From the human T2T-CHM13v2.0 reference genome, Homo sapiens, in NCBI RefSeq assembly GCF_009914755.1, contig NC_060925.1: a stretch of DNA of 64,000 nt; one strand, given 5' to 3'. Shown piece after piece: positions 1 to 21,428 of this stretch. Below the pieces are notes generated by a model that was not told the DNA's origin, made no database searches, and saw only the letters and a program-made list of their open reading frames with translations. Numbering within the stretch: the first letter of the stretch is position 1; each line of letters opens with the position of its first letter. Both the position numbers and the translations under genes were made by a program.

Positions 1-57
1 ATTTATACACTATGTATAAATCTACTTCTTATGAATGGCTTTAAAAATAAAGATGCT

Positions 58-1648
<1,591 letters not shown>

Positions 1649-2024
1649 AAAATAAAGATGCTATAAAAATGAGAGACCTACAACCAGACTTTCAGAAGGT
1701 AAGCAAATACACTGATCCAAATCTTTCTTCCCAGTAGGCTCTGATTGATCACTTGAACATTATACTTAATTGAATCATGTGCCTTTAAGTCACAGTGGAA
1801 TCTGGATCTGTGAAAATTAGCCTCGTAAATTTCCATAAGCTGGAGGCCTGCTGAGGAAAGGCTCTAGAGCCCCCAGTCCATGACTGCAGGGGCAATGACA
1901 GAGTTATTTTTTCTCTAACACACAGTATTCAAGTTATGCCTCCCTTCCTTCTTTCCTCTAAAAGGGAATACTTTGATCAAATGTTCTACTTTTTCCTTCT
2001 ATCTCCAAGAGCAAAGGTCCTTAC

Positions 2025-2271
2025 CTGGGTATGGTGCTGAGGTGCTCTGGAAAGAGGCCTGGGGGGTAGGGGTAGCATAACTGTAGGAGGGAGCCACTGG
2101 CTGGGGGACAGCAATCTGGGTTTTCTCAGAACTTTTTACTTGTTGAGTGCTGGGCGTAGTAGCAAGACCCTCTGATATTTCAGGTTGCACTGATACATTC
2201 TTTGGCCCACCAGACAGCTCTGCAGTCAGGTCTGTGGTTAGGGGACTGGAAATTGTAATCGCCTTGTGGAC
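2025..2271 (-). CDS. KIAA0319L: KIAA0319L/AAVR internal coding exon (247 nt; mucin-like Ser/Thr/Pro stalk before PKD1; probably exon 4)
   Basis: Translates VHKAITISSPLTTDLTAELSGGPKNVSVQPEISEGLATTPSTQQVKSSEKTQIAVPQPVAPSYSYATPTPQASFQSTSAPYP, which continues in frame from ...SGSAE of the upstream exon. Acceptor tttctttag (AG at 2272-2273). Donor CAG|gtaagg (GT at 2023-2024), phase 1. Confidence 0.97.
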
Positions 2272-2682
2272 CTAAAGAAATAAAAAAACTAATTTGAGTA
2301 GGTAAAAGTTACATAATTTTTCAGGTTATGTCTCATGAAACAATAGTCTATTAAATGTTCTCTTGAAAAATGCAAAAATATCAAAAATATTAAAGAAACT
2401 AATCTCACCACCCAAATAAAAGTGGTGTTAAATGTTGAGATAAATCTTGAGTTTTTTTCCTAGCCAAAATGTTTTGTTTAAAACAAAATAGTAATTTTCT
2501 GCATTCTAAGTGTGCTGGAAAAGCAAAACAATGTATACTTTTACCCTGTTAACATTTCTATTCAATCTTTCTACAAATACTTATTGAGCACCTATTACAA
2601 AATAGCCCTTGTGGATCCAAAATATAAATAAAACTAATCGTTGAGCACTGAAAGCATAATAAGCCAAAATAGTAAATATACC

Positions 2683-7750
<5,068 letters not shown>

Positions 7751-7823
7751 AGCCACTTCCCTATTTGTTAAGTAACTGTCATCTCATTTTCCTTTAAACC
7801 TTTGAACACGATTTAAGTTTTTA

Positions 7824-7826
<3 letters not shown>

Positions 7827-7858
<32 letters not shown>
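7827..7858. repeat. (AT)n microsatellite abutting the L1HS poly(T)
   Basis: Uninterrupted atatat run at 7827-7858. Confidence 0.95.
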
Positions 7859-7866
<8 letters not shown>

Positions 7867-8052
7867 TTTATTATACTCTAAGTTTTAGGGTACATGTGCA
7901 CATTGTGCAGGTTAGTTACATATGTATACATGTGCCATGCTGGTGCGCTGCACCCACTAATGTGTCATCTAGCATTAGGTATATCTCCCAATGCTATCCC
8001 TCCCCCCTCCCCCGACCCCACCACAGTCCCCAGAGTGTGATATTCCCCTTCC
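7858..8052 (-). mobile_element. L1HS Ta-subset, heavily 5'-truncated (about 190 bp of 3' UTR plus poly(A))
   Basis: Minus strand reads ...CTAATGCTAGATGACACATTAGTGGGTGCAGCGCACC...CCCTAAAACTTAGAGTATAATAAA. It carries the Ta-diagnostic ACA (plus-strand tgt at 7961-7963) and G (c at 7878). Flanked by catat(at)n-tttt on the left and catatttttt (8053-8062) on the right. Confidence 0.92.
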
Positions 8053-8069
8053 CATATTTTTTTAACAGC

Positions 8070-11000
8070 TATTTTGAAGTCTCTGCTAAATCTAATAGCT
8101 GGGCCTATTCAGAAATCATTTCTATTAATGACTTTTTTTTCCCTGAGCATGGGTTGCACCTTCCTGATTTTTCCTTGCATGTCTTATAATATCTGGTTGA
8201 AAACTAGAGGCTTCAGATAATCTACTGGAGTAGCTATCGATTGTTTTATTTACCTGATGGGCTATTTATTGTTTTTAATAACTTGCCTATACTTAAACTG
8301 CAAAATCTAATTCTCCCATAGTATGTTGTGACTGATGCTCTGCTCGGTTTTTTTTTCTTGTTTTTATTTTAGCCTGGGTTTCTAGGGCAGCCTATGCCTG
8401 CATCATTTAGTAGTCAGACAATGATCTGGGCAGGGGTTGCTCATAGACCTCAAACCCATAAAGCTTTGCCATCTGCCAATCTATCTGTATATTGCCTGAG
8501 GAATGCATTCAAAGTTACAGCCAGTTCTCAAGTCCCCTTTAATTTTTACTTTTTATTGGGTTCCCTTGGGTCCCTCCTGCACATGCAGGTAACTTCCCTA
8601 TCAGCCAGAGATATGTGGAGAGCTTATCGTAGCCCTTCTATGGCTCTCTTATTTTCAAGATCTTCCCATTTAGTTTCTGGCAGGTCCACCATCTACTCCA
8701 ACAGGCACTGCAACCTTCAGCTAGCAAAGCTGTGGATTCTCTCCATTCATTCTCAACCAAGTTTGCCACTTTTAGTTGGCAAAGCTGTGAGTTTTCACCT
8801 GTCCCACATTAAGTCTACCCCCTCTGGCAGAAAATTTGCTAGTGTTATTTATTTATTTTTTTTCCTTTTCAATTGAGACGGGGTCTCACTATGTTGAGTT
8901 CCAGGCTGGTTGGAACTCCCGAGGCTCAAGCAGTCCTCCTACCTCAGCCTCCCTGTAGCTGAAATTACAGGCATGTGCCACTGCACTCTGGCTCCTTAAG
9001 ATATTAGTTTTCATGTTCAGCCACACACTGGTAAAACTACAATTCTTGTCACCAGAGCTGAGTAATGGAGGTAAGGACAGATGGGAAACATTCCAAGAAG
9101 ACCACAGACTTCCACTGTACCTACTCAAAGTATTACCAGCCTTTTAAGAATAAATTCTTAGGCTGGGGTGTGGTGGCTCAAGCCAGCGCTTTGAGATGCC
9201 GAGGCAGGAGGATCACCTGAGCCCACGAGTTTTTCAAGAACCTAGGCAACATAGTGAGACCCCGTGTCTACAAAAAATATAAAAAGTTAGCTGGACGTGG
9301 TGGTGCGCACTTGTAATCCCAGCTACTTGGGAGGCTGAGGTGGGAGGATGGCTCATGCCAGGGAAGTCAAGGCTGCAGTGAGCCATGATCACACCAACCT
9401 GGATGACAGAGTAAGACCCTGTCTCAAGAAAAAAAAAAAAAAAAAAAAAAGAATAAGTTTTTCTCAATTTGTTTCTGCTTCTATTTTATTTCTAGATATG
9501 TTAAAAATATTTGGTTTTAACAATTTTGCCCAGTTTTATACTTGTTTTTTACACGAAAACTACAGATCCCTTCTTGCTGCCATTTTGTAAGCCCTCTTGT
9601 TTCTATTTTCCCATTTTTAACATTTCTTTTCTGAAATTCTTCATCTGTTTACTCATTGAAACTATTTTCTGGCCCGATACAGTAGCTCACACCTGTAATC
9701 CTAGCATACTGGGAGGCCAAGGTGGGAGGATTGCTCAAGGCCAGAAGTTCAAGATCAGCCTGCACAACATAGCGAGACCCCATTTCTACAAAAAAAAAAA
9801 AAAAAAATTATAATTAGCTGGGAGTGGTGGCACACCCCTGTAGGCCTAGCTACATAGGAAGCTGGGTTGGCAGGATCGCTTGAGCCCACGAGTTTGAGGC
9901 TGCAGTAAGCCAAGATAGCACTACTGCACTCCAGCCTGGGCAACAGAATGAGACCCAAAAAAACAAAAACAAAACAAACATTTTCCTTTAATTATCTGAA
10001 CATACATATGATAGCTACTTTGAAGTCTGACTACTATCTCCAACATCTGAGTCAACTTGGAGCCACCTTCTATTGACTGCCTTTTTTTCCCTGCGTATGG
10101 ATCACCCTTTCCTGTTCCTGTGCATGTCTGGTAATTTTTGGTTTAACGTTGGACATTCTGATACATGTAGTGACTCTGGATTCTACTATATTTTCCTTGG
10201 GATTACTGGGGGAGGTTTTCCTAGTAGACAAATAACCTCCCTGGACTGAACTGTAGACTTTGCTCCTTACAGTGTTCAACAACTGATATCTCTGTGTAGT
10301 TCTCACAACTTTTTTTTTTTTTTAAGACAGTCTTGCTCTGTTGCTCAGGCTGGAGTACAACAGTGTGATCTTCTCAGCTCACTGCAACCTCTGCCTCCTG
10401 GCTTCAAGTGATTCTCGTGCCTCAGCCTCCCTAGTAGCTGGAATTAAAGGCATGCACCACCACACCGAGCTAATTTTTGTATTTTTAGTAGAGACGGGGT
10501 TTCGCCATGTTGGCCAGGCTGGTCTCTAACTCCTGGCCTCAAGTGATCCACCTGCCTTGGCCTCCCAAAGTGCTGGCGTAAGGCACCACGCCCAGCCTGG
10601 CCACTACAGGTCTGCCTGTGTAACTGATAATTGACCAAGAATTTGGCCAGAGATTTTACTCAGATTTGGGGCCTGTTCTCATTGTACTGTCTTTGTTTCT
10701 GGGGATTCCTCCCTAACTTTTCAGCCTTAAGATTACGTCCACTGACACCTCAAGTCCATAAGACTTCATATATCTGCCACCTGGTTCCCCATGGTTGGAG
10801 AATGCATTCAATTTTAAAAAGCAGCAAACTTACGAAGTTCACCTTGTGTAGATTCTGTCTTTCAAAGACAGAACTCTAATCTCTGCCTCCCTAATCTCTG
10901 CCTGCTTTTTCAGCAGGCCTCATGGAGTCTGCCCATGCAGGTGTAGTTTAGAGGTACATCCAGGGATTTTAGCAGAGTTCACAGTCAGGTTATGGGGGTC

Positions 11001-11350
11001 ACCCTCTTCTGTGGTTTTCTCACTTTCAAGCCCTCCTGCTAAATTTTCAGATGCTTTTTCTATCATGAACTCTGTTTTTGCCACCATAAGAAAGTAAGGC
11101 TGGAGTTTTCCACTGCCACTTTCCTCTGCTGTGGGAGTTGTTGAATGCCCTCAGGAAAAAATTTTTTTAAGCTGCAAATTCACAATTCTTTTCACTCCCA
11201 GTTGCCATTTTTCAAAAGTAAGCGCTCCTCTAGCTTCTATCTGCTTTTGGAACCTTTCCAGTATCTTTTAATACATTTGTTTACAGATTTTCTAATATTA
11301 TCTGTGGGAAGGTTTCAGAGACTACTTCACTCTGCCACCATTACTGGAAA
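8070..11350 (-). mobile_element. Old L1M 5'-region fragments with FLAM and Alu insertions (about 8865-8993, 9161-9450, 9671-9975, 10310-10597)
   Basis: Degenerate antisense L1M 5'/ORF1-like sequence (tctattgactgccttttttccc, gtttaacgttggacatt) plus clear Alu blocks. Confidence 0.6.
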
Positions 11351-12650
11351 CTCCTCCTGTGGGATGGATTTTAAAATATTAAGAATCTAATATTTATGGA
11401 GCTGTAATAGATCTGGGGTTTGGGGAAGAGTCTGAGATGACACCCATGTTTCTAGCCTGAGTGAGGGACTGACTACAGTAGTATCAAAAACGAAATAGAC
11501 TACAGAAGAGCAACTTTAAGGAAATTACAGGAAGTTATGTTTTAGACAAATTGAAGCTAAAATACCTCTGGGAAATTGAAACAGAAACTAAGATTTGGAA
11601 TCATGCTCCTAAAGCCATGGGAGTGGATGAACTACGACAGGAAGAACATGTAAATAAAAGAAATAGTAATCAAAGAATAGAACATTTAGGAATACAAAGG
11701 CTGTAAGCTGATAAAAGGACCAACAAAATTGACTAAGAAGGAATCATCAGGAAGAAGGAAAAGGACCAGGAATGTGTGGTCCCCAAAGAAAGAAGGGACA
11801 ATTGCAACCAGTATGAAATAATGCAGATGGGGCCAATCAAATAAAGACTGAAAAGAATACACTGCAATCAGCAACTGTGAAGTCACTGGTGACCCTGGCA
11901 AGAGTAGCTTCAGTGGAAACCAAATTCCACATGGCTGAGGATTAGATGTAAGTGAATAAAGAAGAGACAGCAAGTGCAGACTACCTTTGATATTTCTAGA
12001 TAAAAAGGAAGAGAGACAAACGAATGGTAGCTAAAGATGCAAGGAGACAAGATCAAGGACATATTTGCAAGTATCAAGTTTGAACAATGAGCATCAAGTT
12101 CTGAGACTGAAAACTTAATGATAGAGTTGAGTATTATGCAAATATTTAGGAGAGCATCTGGGTCCAAACTTGGGAAGTAAATATCAGAGAAGGCTTCAAA
12201 AAGAAGTAAAGCCTAGGAAGACTAAGTAGTAGTTAGGTAGGTGAATGCCACAAGGTAAAAAAACAAAACAAAAACAAAAAAAAACATGGTGGACTTTCTG
12301 TTCCAGTCAAGAAGAAGTAACAGCAAGAAGATTTATCCTTCTGAAAAAAATTTAAAAACCAGACCAAATATATTAAACAATGGCGTTCAAGACACCAGAC
12401 ATCAGGTGATAAAAAACAGTGATCCCTAAGAAATGAAAAACAAGTAAGATCAACCCTATGATTGCCCCAGCTTACTGTCTAGAAAATGTTTTTGAGCCAT
12501 GGCACAGGAAGAAGAAATCCAAGCACAGACCAGCAGTCTTTCTGAGTTGAAGAGCTGAACTGGAAGTCTGGGAAAGAAGAGTGCTATACAGAGACAGAAC
12601 TCTGAAAATTTGAAGGAGACCCCCTTAAGTACTCAAGGGAATACTGATAA

Positions 12651-12896
<246 letters not shown>

Positions 12897-13771
12897 TGAG
12901 TAGAGAAAGGGTTTCACCATGTTGGCCAGGTTGGTCTCGAACTCCTGACTTTAAGTGATCTGCCCGCCTCAGCCTCCCAAACTGCTGGATTACAGGCATG
13001 AGCCACCATGCCTGGCTTTTGTTTGTTTCTGAGACAGGGTCTCACTCTATCACCCAGGCTGGAGTGCCATGACGCGATCTTGGCTCACTGCAGCCTCGAC
13101 CTCCCAGGCTGAAGCAATCCTCCTACCTCAGCCCCCCAAGTAGCTTTTTGTACTTTTTACAGAGATGAGGTTTTGCCATGTTGCCTAGGCTGCCCTGTAG
13201 TTCTCTTGATTACAGAGAAAAGTACTCAAGTTTAGACGGCTAAGAAATAGTACCTATTCCACAAAGCTAGAATGGAAAACTTTGTAATTCATAGGGCATC
13301 AGTTAAAGTACTAATAAAAGTCCTACTTTAGTAGGATAGAAAAATTAACCCTAGACTAAATGCAGCTCCGGACTCACATGACAAAGCTTAAAAGCAAGAC
13401 TCAAAAGTATCACTGTTTGCAAATAATTTAACCACAGTCCAGAACAAAGCTCAAGAATATTCATAGTGATACAAAAATATCCAACACCCCAGTAGGTAAA
13501 ATTTACAATGTCTAGCATTTAATCTGAAATAACCAGACATGCAAAGAAGCTGGAAAATAAATACTATAATGAGAAAAAAAATGTAAATCAATTAAAACTG
13601 ATCCAGAAATAACAGAGATGACAGAACTGGTAGATAGGGATATTAAAATAAGTATTATGATTATATTTCTATGTTTAAGAAGTTATAGGAAAGGTTATAA
13701 GACATAAAAAAGACCTCATATCAAACTTTTAATATAAATATTACAATGTTTGATATTAAAGAAAATACACT

Positions 13772-14149
13772 TGATATGTTTTGGCTCTGTGTCCCCACCC
13801 AAATCTCATGTTGAATTGTAATTTCCAATGTTGGGGAAGGGACATAGTAGGAGGTGACTGGATCATGAAGGTGGATTTCCCCTTCCTGTTCTCATGATAG
13901 TGAGTGAGTTCTCATGAGATCTGATGGTTTAAAAGTGTGTGGCACTTCCCACTTGACTCTCTCTCTTTCCTGCATGTGAAGATTGTGCTGCTTCCCCTTT
14001 GCCTTCCACCATGATTGTAAGTTTCCTGAGGCTTCCCAGCCATGCTTCCTGTACAGTCTGCAGAACTGTGAGTCAATTAAACCTCTTTTCTTCATCAATT
14101 ACCCAGTCTCACATAGTTCTTTATAGCAATGTGAGAACAGACTAATGCA
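13772..14149 (+). mobile_element. MSTA-like MaLR solo LTR
   Basis: TG...CA termini (tgatatgttttggctctgtgtccccacccaaatctcatg ... cagactaatgca) and 5-bp TSD acact/atact. Internal donor cagaact|gtgagt at 14061-14073. Confidence 0.88.
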
Positions 14150-15364
14150 ATACTGTAGGAATTTAATGGCAGATTAAACAATGCAGAAGAAAAGATTAGT
14201 AACCTTAAAGAATTTCAATAGAAACTACTCAAAATGAAACACAGAGACGAAAAAAGACTGAAAATAAACGAATGGGGATCAGCAAACTGTGAAATAAATT
14301 CAATTGGTCCCAAAGGGAGAGGGACAGAAAAATATTTGAATAATTGTCAATAATTTCCCAAATTTGAAGAAAACTATAAACCCACATTCTAATCCAGATT
14401 AAAGTTCAACAAGCCCCAAGCACATGAAACATAAAATTACGCCATAGAATAACATAATCAAATCGCTTAAAACAGTGGTAAGGAGAAAATTATATAAGCA
14501 GCCAGAGAAAAAAGAAACATGATATATGTGGAACAAAGATAAAAACTAGAGCAGATATCTCAACTGAAACAATGCAAGCTAGAAGACATTGACACAGTAT
14601 CTCGAAAGTACTGAAAGCAAAAAAATAAACCTGTCAACTTGGATTTGTTTAAACAGGGAAAATATTAAATGTAATATTTTAAAAAAAGGATTAGCGCAGA
14701 AATCAATAAAATAGAAAACAGAAAAACAATAGAGAAAAACGAATAAAACCAAACATGGTTCTTTGAGAAACATTAACTAGTCTAATCAGGAGAAATGAGA
14801 CAGCAAGAGCCAGAGCCAGAGCAAGAGACAAGAAGACACAAATGATCAATATGAAGAATGAGAGAGACAATGTAACTAAAGGTTCTACAGATGTTAAAAG
14901 GACAGTAAAAGACTATAATGAACTTTATGCAAATAAATTTGACTAATGGCATGAAATGCATAAATTCCTTGAAAGACACAATCTGCCAAAACTCACTCAA
15001 GAAGAAAGAGACAGCCTACATAGCAATGTATCTATCACATAAATTGAATTTCTAGTTTAAAACTTTTCACAAAGAAAATTCGAAGTACAGATGGTTCACT
15101 GGAGAATTATATTTAACATTTAAGGAATAAATAATACCAATTCTACACAAACCCTCCAGAAAACTGAAGAAAAGGAAAAACTCCTCAACTCATTCTATGA
15201 GGCCAGCCAATAAACAGATGTAAAAATTCATGACAAAAATTTGATAAATCAAATATAAAAATACATCAAAATAATATCATGACCAAGCTGGGCGCGGAGG
15301 CTCACGTCTGTAATCCCAGCACTTTGGGAAGCTGAGGCAGGTGGATCACAAGGTCAGGAGTTCA

Positions 15365-15661
<297 letters not shown>

Positions 15662-16643
15662 TCATATTATTCACCATATTAACATACTAAAAACAAAAAA
15701 AATCATCTCAATAGATGCAGAAAAAGCATTTGACAAAATCCATCAATTATTCCTGATAAAAACTCACATCAAACTAGGAATAGAAAAATTCCCTACAGCT
15801 GATGAAAGGTATCTTCAAAAAACCTACAGCTAACATCAGACTTATAGCTGACTTACAGACTTGTTGCTTTCAAAAAACCTACAGCTAACATGTAGACTTT
15901 CGCCACTTGGATTCAACACTGTATTGGAGGCCTGGCATGGCGGCTCACATCTGTAATCCCAGCACACTGGGAGGCTAAGGCAGGAAGATTGCTTGAAGCC
16001 AGGAGTTCCACACCAGCCTGGACAACAAAGCAAGAGCTCATCTCCACAAAAAGTAAAAATATATAAAAAACATTGTAGTGGAAGTTCTAGCCAGGGCAAT
16101 AAGGCAAGAAAAAGAAATAAGAGGCATCCAGGTTGGAGAAGAAGTAAAGCTGTCTTTATTTATAGACAACATGATTATATATAGAGAAAATCCTATGGAA
16201 TCTATACAAAATGCTAACAGAATGAATAAATAAGTTTAGCAAGATTACAAGATACAAGACCAATATACAAAAAGTAATTGTATTCCTATATACCAGCAAC
16301 AAACAATCAGACACTGGGTTCTTTAAAAACATCAAATATAATAGCATCAAATATATGAAATACACAAATATATATACCTACTATGTACGTACCCACTAAA
16401 CATTTTTTTAATGAAATACGGATCTGACAAAAGATGTGCAAGATCTCTGTTGGAGGAGGAGGTGCAAAAAAATAAAAATAAAGATGTGCAAGATCTGTAC
16501 ACTAGCTGGGTGCCAGTGTACAGATCTTGCACATTTTTAGATTTTTTTAGAATTACAGATAAACCTGACAAAAGACTGCAAGATCTGTACACCGGTGCCC
16601 AGCTGGTATACATGTCTTTCTTGCACATCTTTCATCAGATTTA

Positions 16644-16920
<277 letters not shown>

Positions 16921-17717
16921 AAAAAGATCTGTACACCAAAACTACAACACGTCACTGAGAAAAATTATAGATTATTTAATTAAATGGAGAGATACACTGT
17001 GCTCATGGGTCTGAAAATCCAACATTATTATTAGGCTGTTGAGTTTCTCCAAATTGATCTACACTCCCAATACAATCCCACTGAAAATTCCAGAAGACTT
17101 TTTAAAAAGAAACTGACAAGATAATTCTAAAATTTATAAGGACATGCAAAAAACCTAAAATGGGCAATTTTGATCAAGAACAAAGTTTTAAACATCATCT
17201 GATTTAAACATATATTACAGCCGGGCTCAATGGCTCACACCGGTAATCCCAGCACTTTGGGAGGCCGAGAAAGGTGGATCACGAGGTCAGAAGTTCAAGA
17301 CCAGCCTGGCCAACATAATGAAACCCCATCTCTACTAAAAAATACAAAAAATTAGCCGGGCATGGTGGTGGGCGCCTGTCATCCCAGCTACTCAAGAGGC
17401 TGAGGCAGGAGAATCACTTGAACCCGGGAGGCGGAGGTTAAGGTAAGCCAAGATCGCGCCATTGCAGTCCAGCCCGGGCAACAGTGTGAGACTCCGTCTC
17501 AAAAAATAAATAAATAAAAATAAAAAATAAAATAAAATAAACATATATTACAAAGCTAGAGTTAGGCCGGGTGTGGTGGCTCACGCCTATAATCCCAGCA
17601 GCTTGGGAGGCTGAGGTAGGTGGATTGCTTGAGTCCAGGAGTTTGAGACCAGCCTGCGCAACATGGTGAAACCCCATCTCCGCTAAAATAACAAAGGGAA
17701 AAAAAAAAAACAAACTA

Positions 17718-17873
<156 letters not shown>

Positions 17874-18141
17874 CTACAGTTATCAAGACAGTGTAGAACT
17901 CATGTCAATATAGGCAAACAGATAAATGGGACCAAACAGTGTAGAGAAGCAGACCTATAAACATACGCTTAACTGATTTTCAACAAAGGTAAAACGGCAA
18001 TTCAGTGTAGAAAGGATGGAAAAAATACGGTCCTAAAACAACTGGATATTCATATGCCAAAAAAAAATTCCATCCATAGCTCTCACAATGTACAAAATAA
18101 CCCTAGACCTAAATGTAAAACCTAAACTTATGAAACTTTTA

Positions 18142-18421
<280 letters not shown>

Positions 18422-18662
18422 TTAAAAAATAAATAAAATTATGAATCTTTCAGAAGAAAACTTAGGAGAAAATCTTTCTCAGATACAACACCAAAAACAC
18501 AATCCATAATAGAAATATTAATAAACCAGACTTCATCAAAATTAATATCTGCTCTTTGAAAGACACTGCTAAGAGAATGAAAAGATAAGTTACAGACTGG
18601 GAGAGAATATTTGCAAATCACGTATCTGAGAAAGAGCTTGTATGCAGAAAATATATATGTAA

Positions 18663-18836
<174 letters not shown>

Positions 18837-21095
18837 TGAGACTACAAGTGTGCACCACCACACCCAGATAATTTTTTCCACTTTTTAAAAATGGGGAAAA
18901 ATATTAACACTCTACAAAAAAAAAAAAAAAAACATGAATGGCAAATAAGCACACAAAAAATATTCAACATCATTAGTCATTAGGAAAATGCAAACCAAAA
19001 CCACAATGAGATTCAATTAAACACCTATTACAATGTATAAAATTAAAAAGATTCACCATACCAAGTGTTAGCAAGAATGTGGAGCAACTGGAAATTTGAT
19101 ACATTAATCACGGAAATGTAAAATGGTACAACCACTTTGGAAAACACTTGGGCAGTTTGATAAAAAGTTAAATATACCCATACAATATAGGCCGGTTATG
19201 GTGGCTCACGCCTGTAATCCCAACACTTTGGGAGGTCGAAATGGGTATATCACTTGAGGTCAGGGGTTCGATACCAGCCTGGCCAACATGGTGAAACCCT
19301 GTCTCTACTAAAAATACAAAAATTAGCCGGGGATGGTGGCAGGTGCCTGTAATCCCAGCTACTCAGGAGACTGAGGCAGGAGAATCTCTTAAACCCAGGA
19401 AGCGGAAGTTGTAGTGAGCTGAGATGGTGCCAGTGCACTCTAGCCTGGGTGACACAGTGAGACTCCGTCTCAAAAAAATAAAAAATAAAATAAAACATAC
19501 AATGTAATCCAGCTATTCCACTCCCACATATTTACCCAGGAGAAATTAAAATATATGCTATACAAAGACTTGTACACAAATGTTCCTAGCGTCTTAATCT
19601 GTAATAACCAAAATCTGGAAGCAATCCAATATCCATTAACAGGTAAATGGATAAACAAATTATATCTATACAATGGAATACTACTTAGGAATTTTCAAAA
19701 GCCAGCTACTAGGTGCTGGGTACAGTGGCTCATGTCTGTAATCCCACCACTTTGGGAGGCCAAGGTGGGCAGATCACCTGAGGTCAGGAGTTTGAGACCA
19801 GCCTGGCCAACATGGTGAAAACCCGTCTCTACTTTAAAAAATACAAAAATTAGCTGGGCGTGGTGGCACATGCCTGTATTCCCAGCTACTTGGGAAGCTG
19901 AGGCACAAGAATCACTTGAACCCTGGAGGTCGAGGCTGCGGAGAGCAGAAATAGTGCCACTGCACTCCAGCCTGAGCAACAGAGTGAGATTGTGTCTCCA
20001 AAAAAAAAAAAAAAAAAAAAAAGCAGCTACTGGCATATGTTATGACATGAATGGACATAAAAACATTACGCTAAGTAGAAGAACCTAAACACAAAAGACT
20101 ACATATTCCATGATTCCATATTAATGCAAAGTCTAGAAAATGCAAATTTATAGAGACAGCAGATCAATGGATGCCTAGGACTGGGGGTGGGAATAGGGAT
20201 GGCACACAGGAACTTTTGGATAAATGGGGACAAGGGAAGTTTTGGGGGGGTGATAGAAATGTTATCAAACTGTACGGCAGGAAAAAGACAAAAAAAAAAA
20301 AGATGAAATGTTATCAAACTGGATTGTAATAATGATTTACAACTCTATGCATTTACTAAAACCACTGAATTGTATGCTTAAAAGGAATGTTTCCTTATAT
20401 AAATTATACCTCAATAAAGTCGTTAAAAAGAATACGTATGTAATGTATGATTCAATTTATTTAAAAATTACAGAAAATCTATAATGACTAAAAGCAGATC
20501 AATTTTCTAGAGGGGGTGAGAGGGACAGATTACAAAGCGGCAGAAGAAATTTTAGAGTTGATACATATATTCGTTATCTTTTTATGGTGATGGTTTTATA
20601 GACATAGAGATAGATATAAATAAACTAACCAAATTGTACACTTTAAACATGTACAGTTTATGATATGACAATTATACTTCAAAAAAGCTGCTTTCTAAAA
20701 GTATGGCACCCACAGAAGAACAAGTATTCCATGTGGGTGGAATGGAAAGGAGAAAGGAGTAACAAAAGAGCCATTCATGCACCCAAAAGCGTATTTATAA
20801 CGATTGCACAATGTCCATTTTCCCCTCATTAGACAGACTGCTTTCATTTTTTTCATAAAATAAGTATCATCTCACCATTGTGTGCAAAGTTTTATTTAGA
20901 AACTATTGCTTTAGACAGATTCCCAGAAGTAGAAGAACAGTGTGACTATTTTAAAGTTAGGCAGACAGATTTTCATTTATTAAAATAATTTGTTTTAAAG
21001 AAAACCTTGTTTATCATTTTCAAAAATTTATGTACTGTATTTTTAAGGAAACAGAAACAGGAGACATGGAACAAATTATTTTATTTGAGAAACTA

Positions 21096-21428
<333 letters not shown>

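Noticed and set aside
1999-2024. Read-through of the stalk-exon donor (GKDLCSWR*) as a secreted short isoform
   Set aside because: The donor is strong and I found no convincing nearby minus-strand poly(A) site to support it.
8394-8876. 160-aa ORF
   Set aside because: Lies within a degenerate old L1 5' region and has no recognisable domain.
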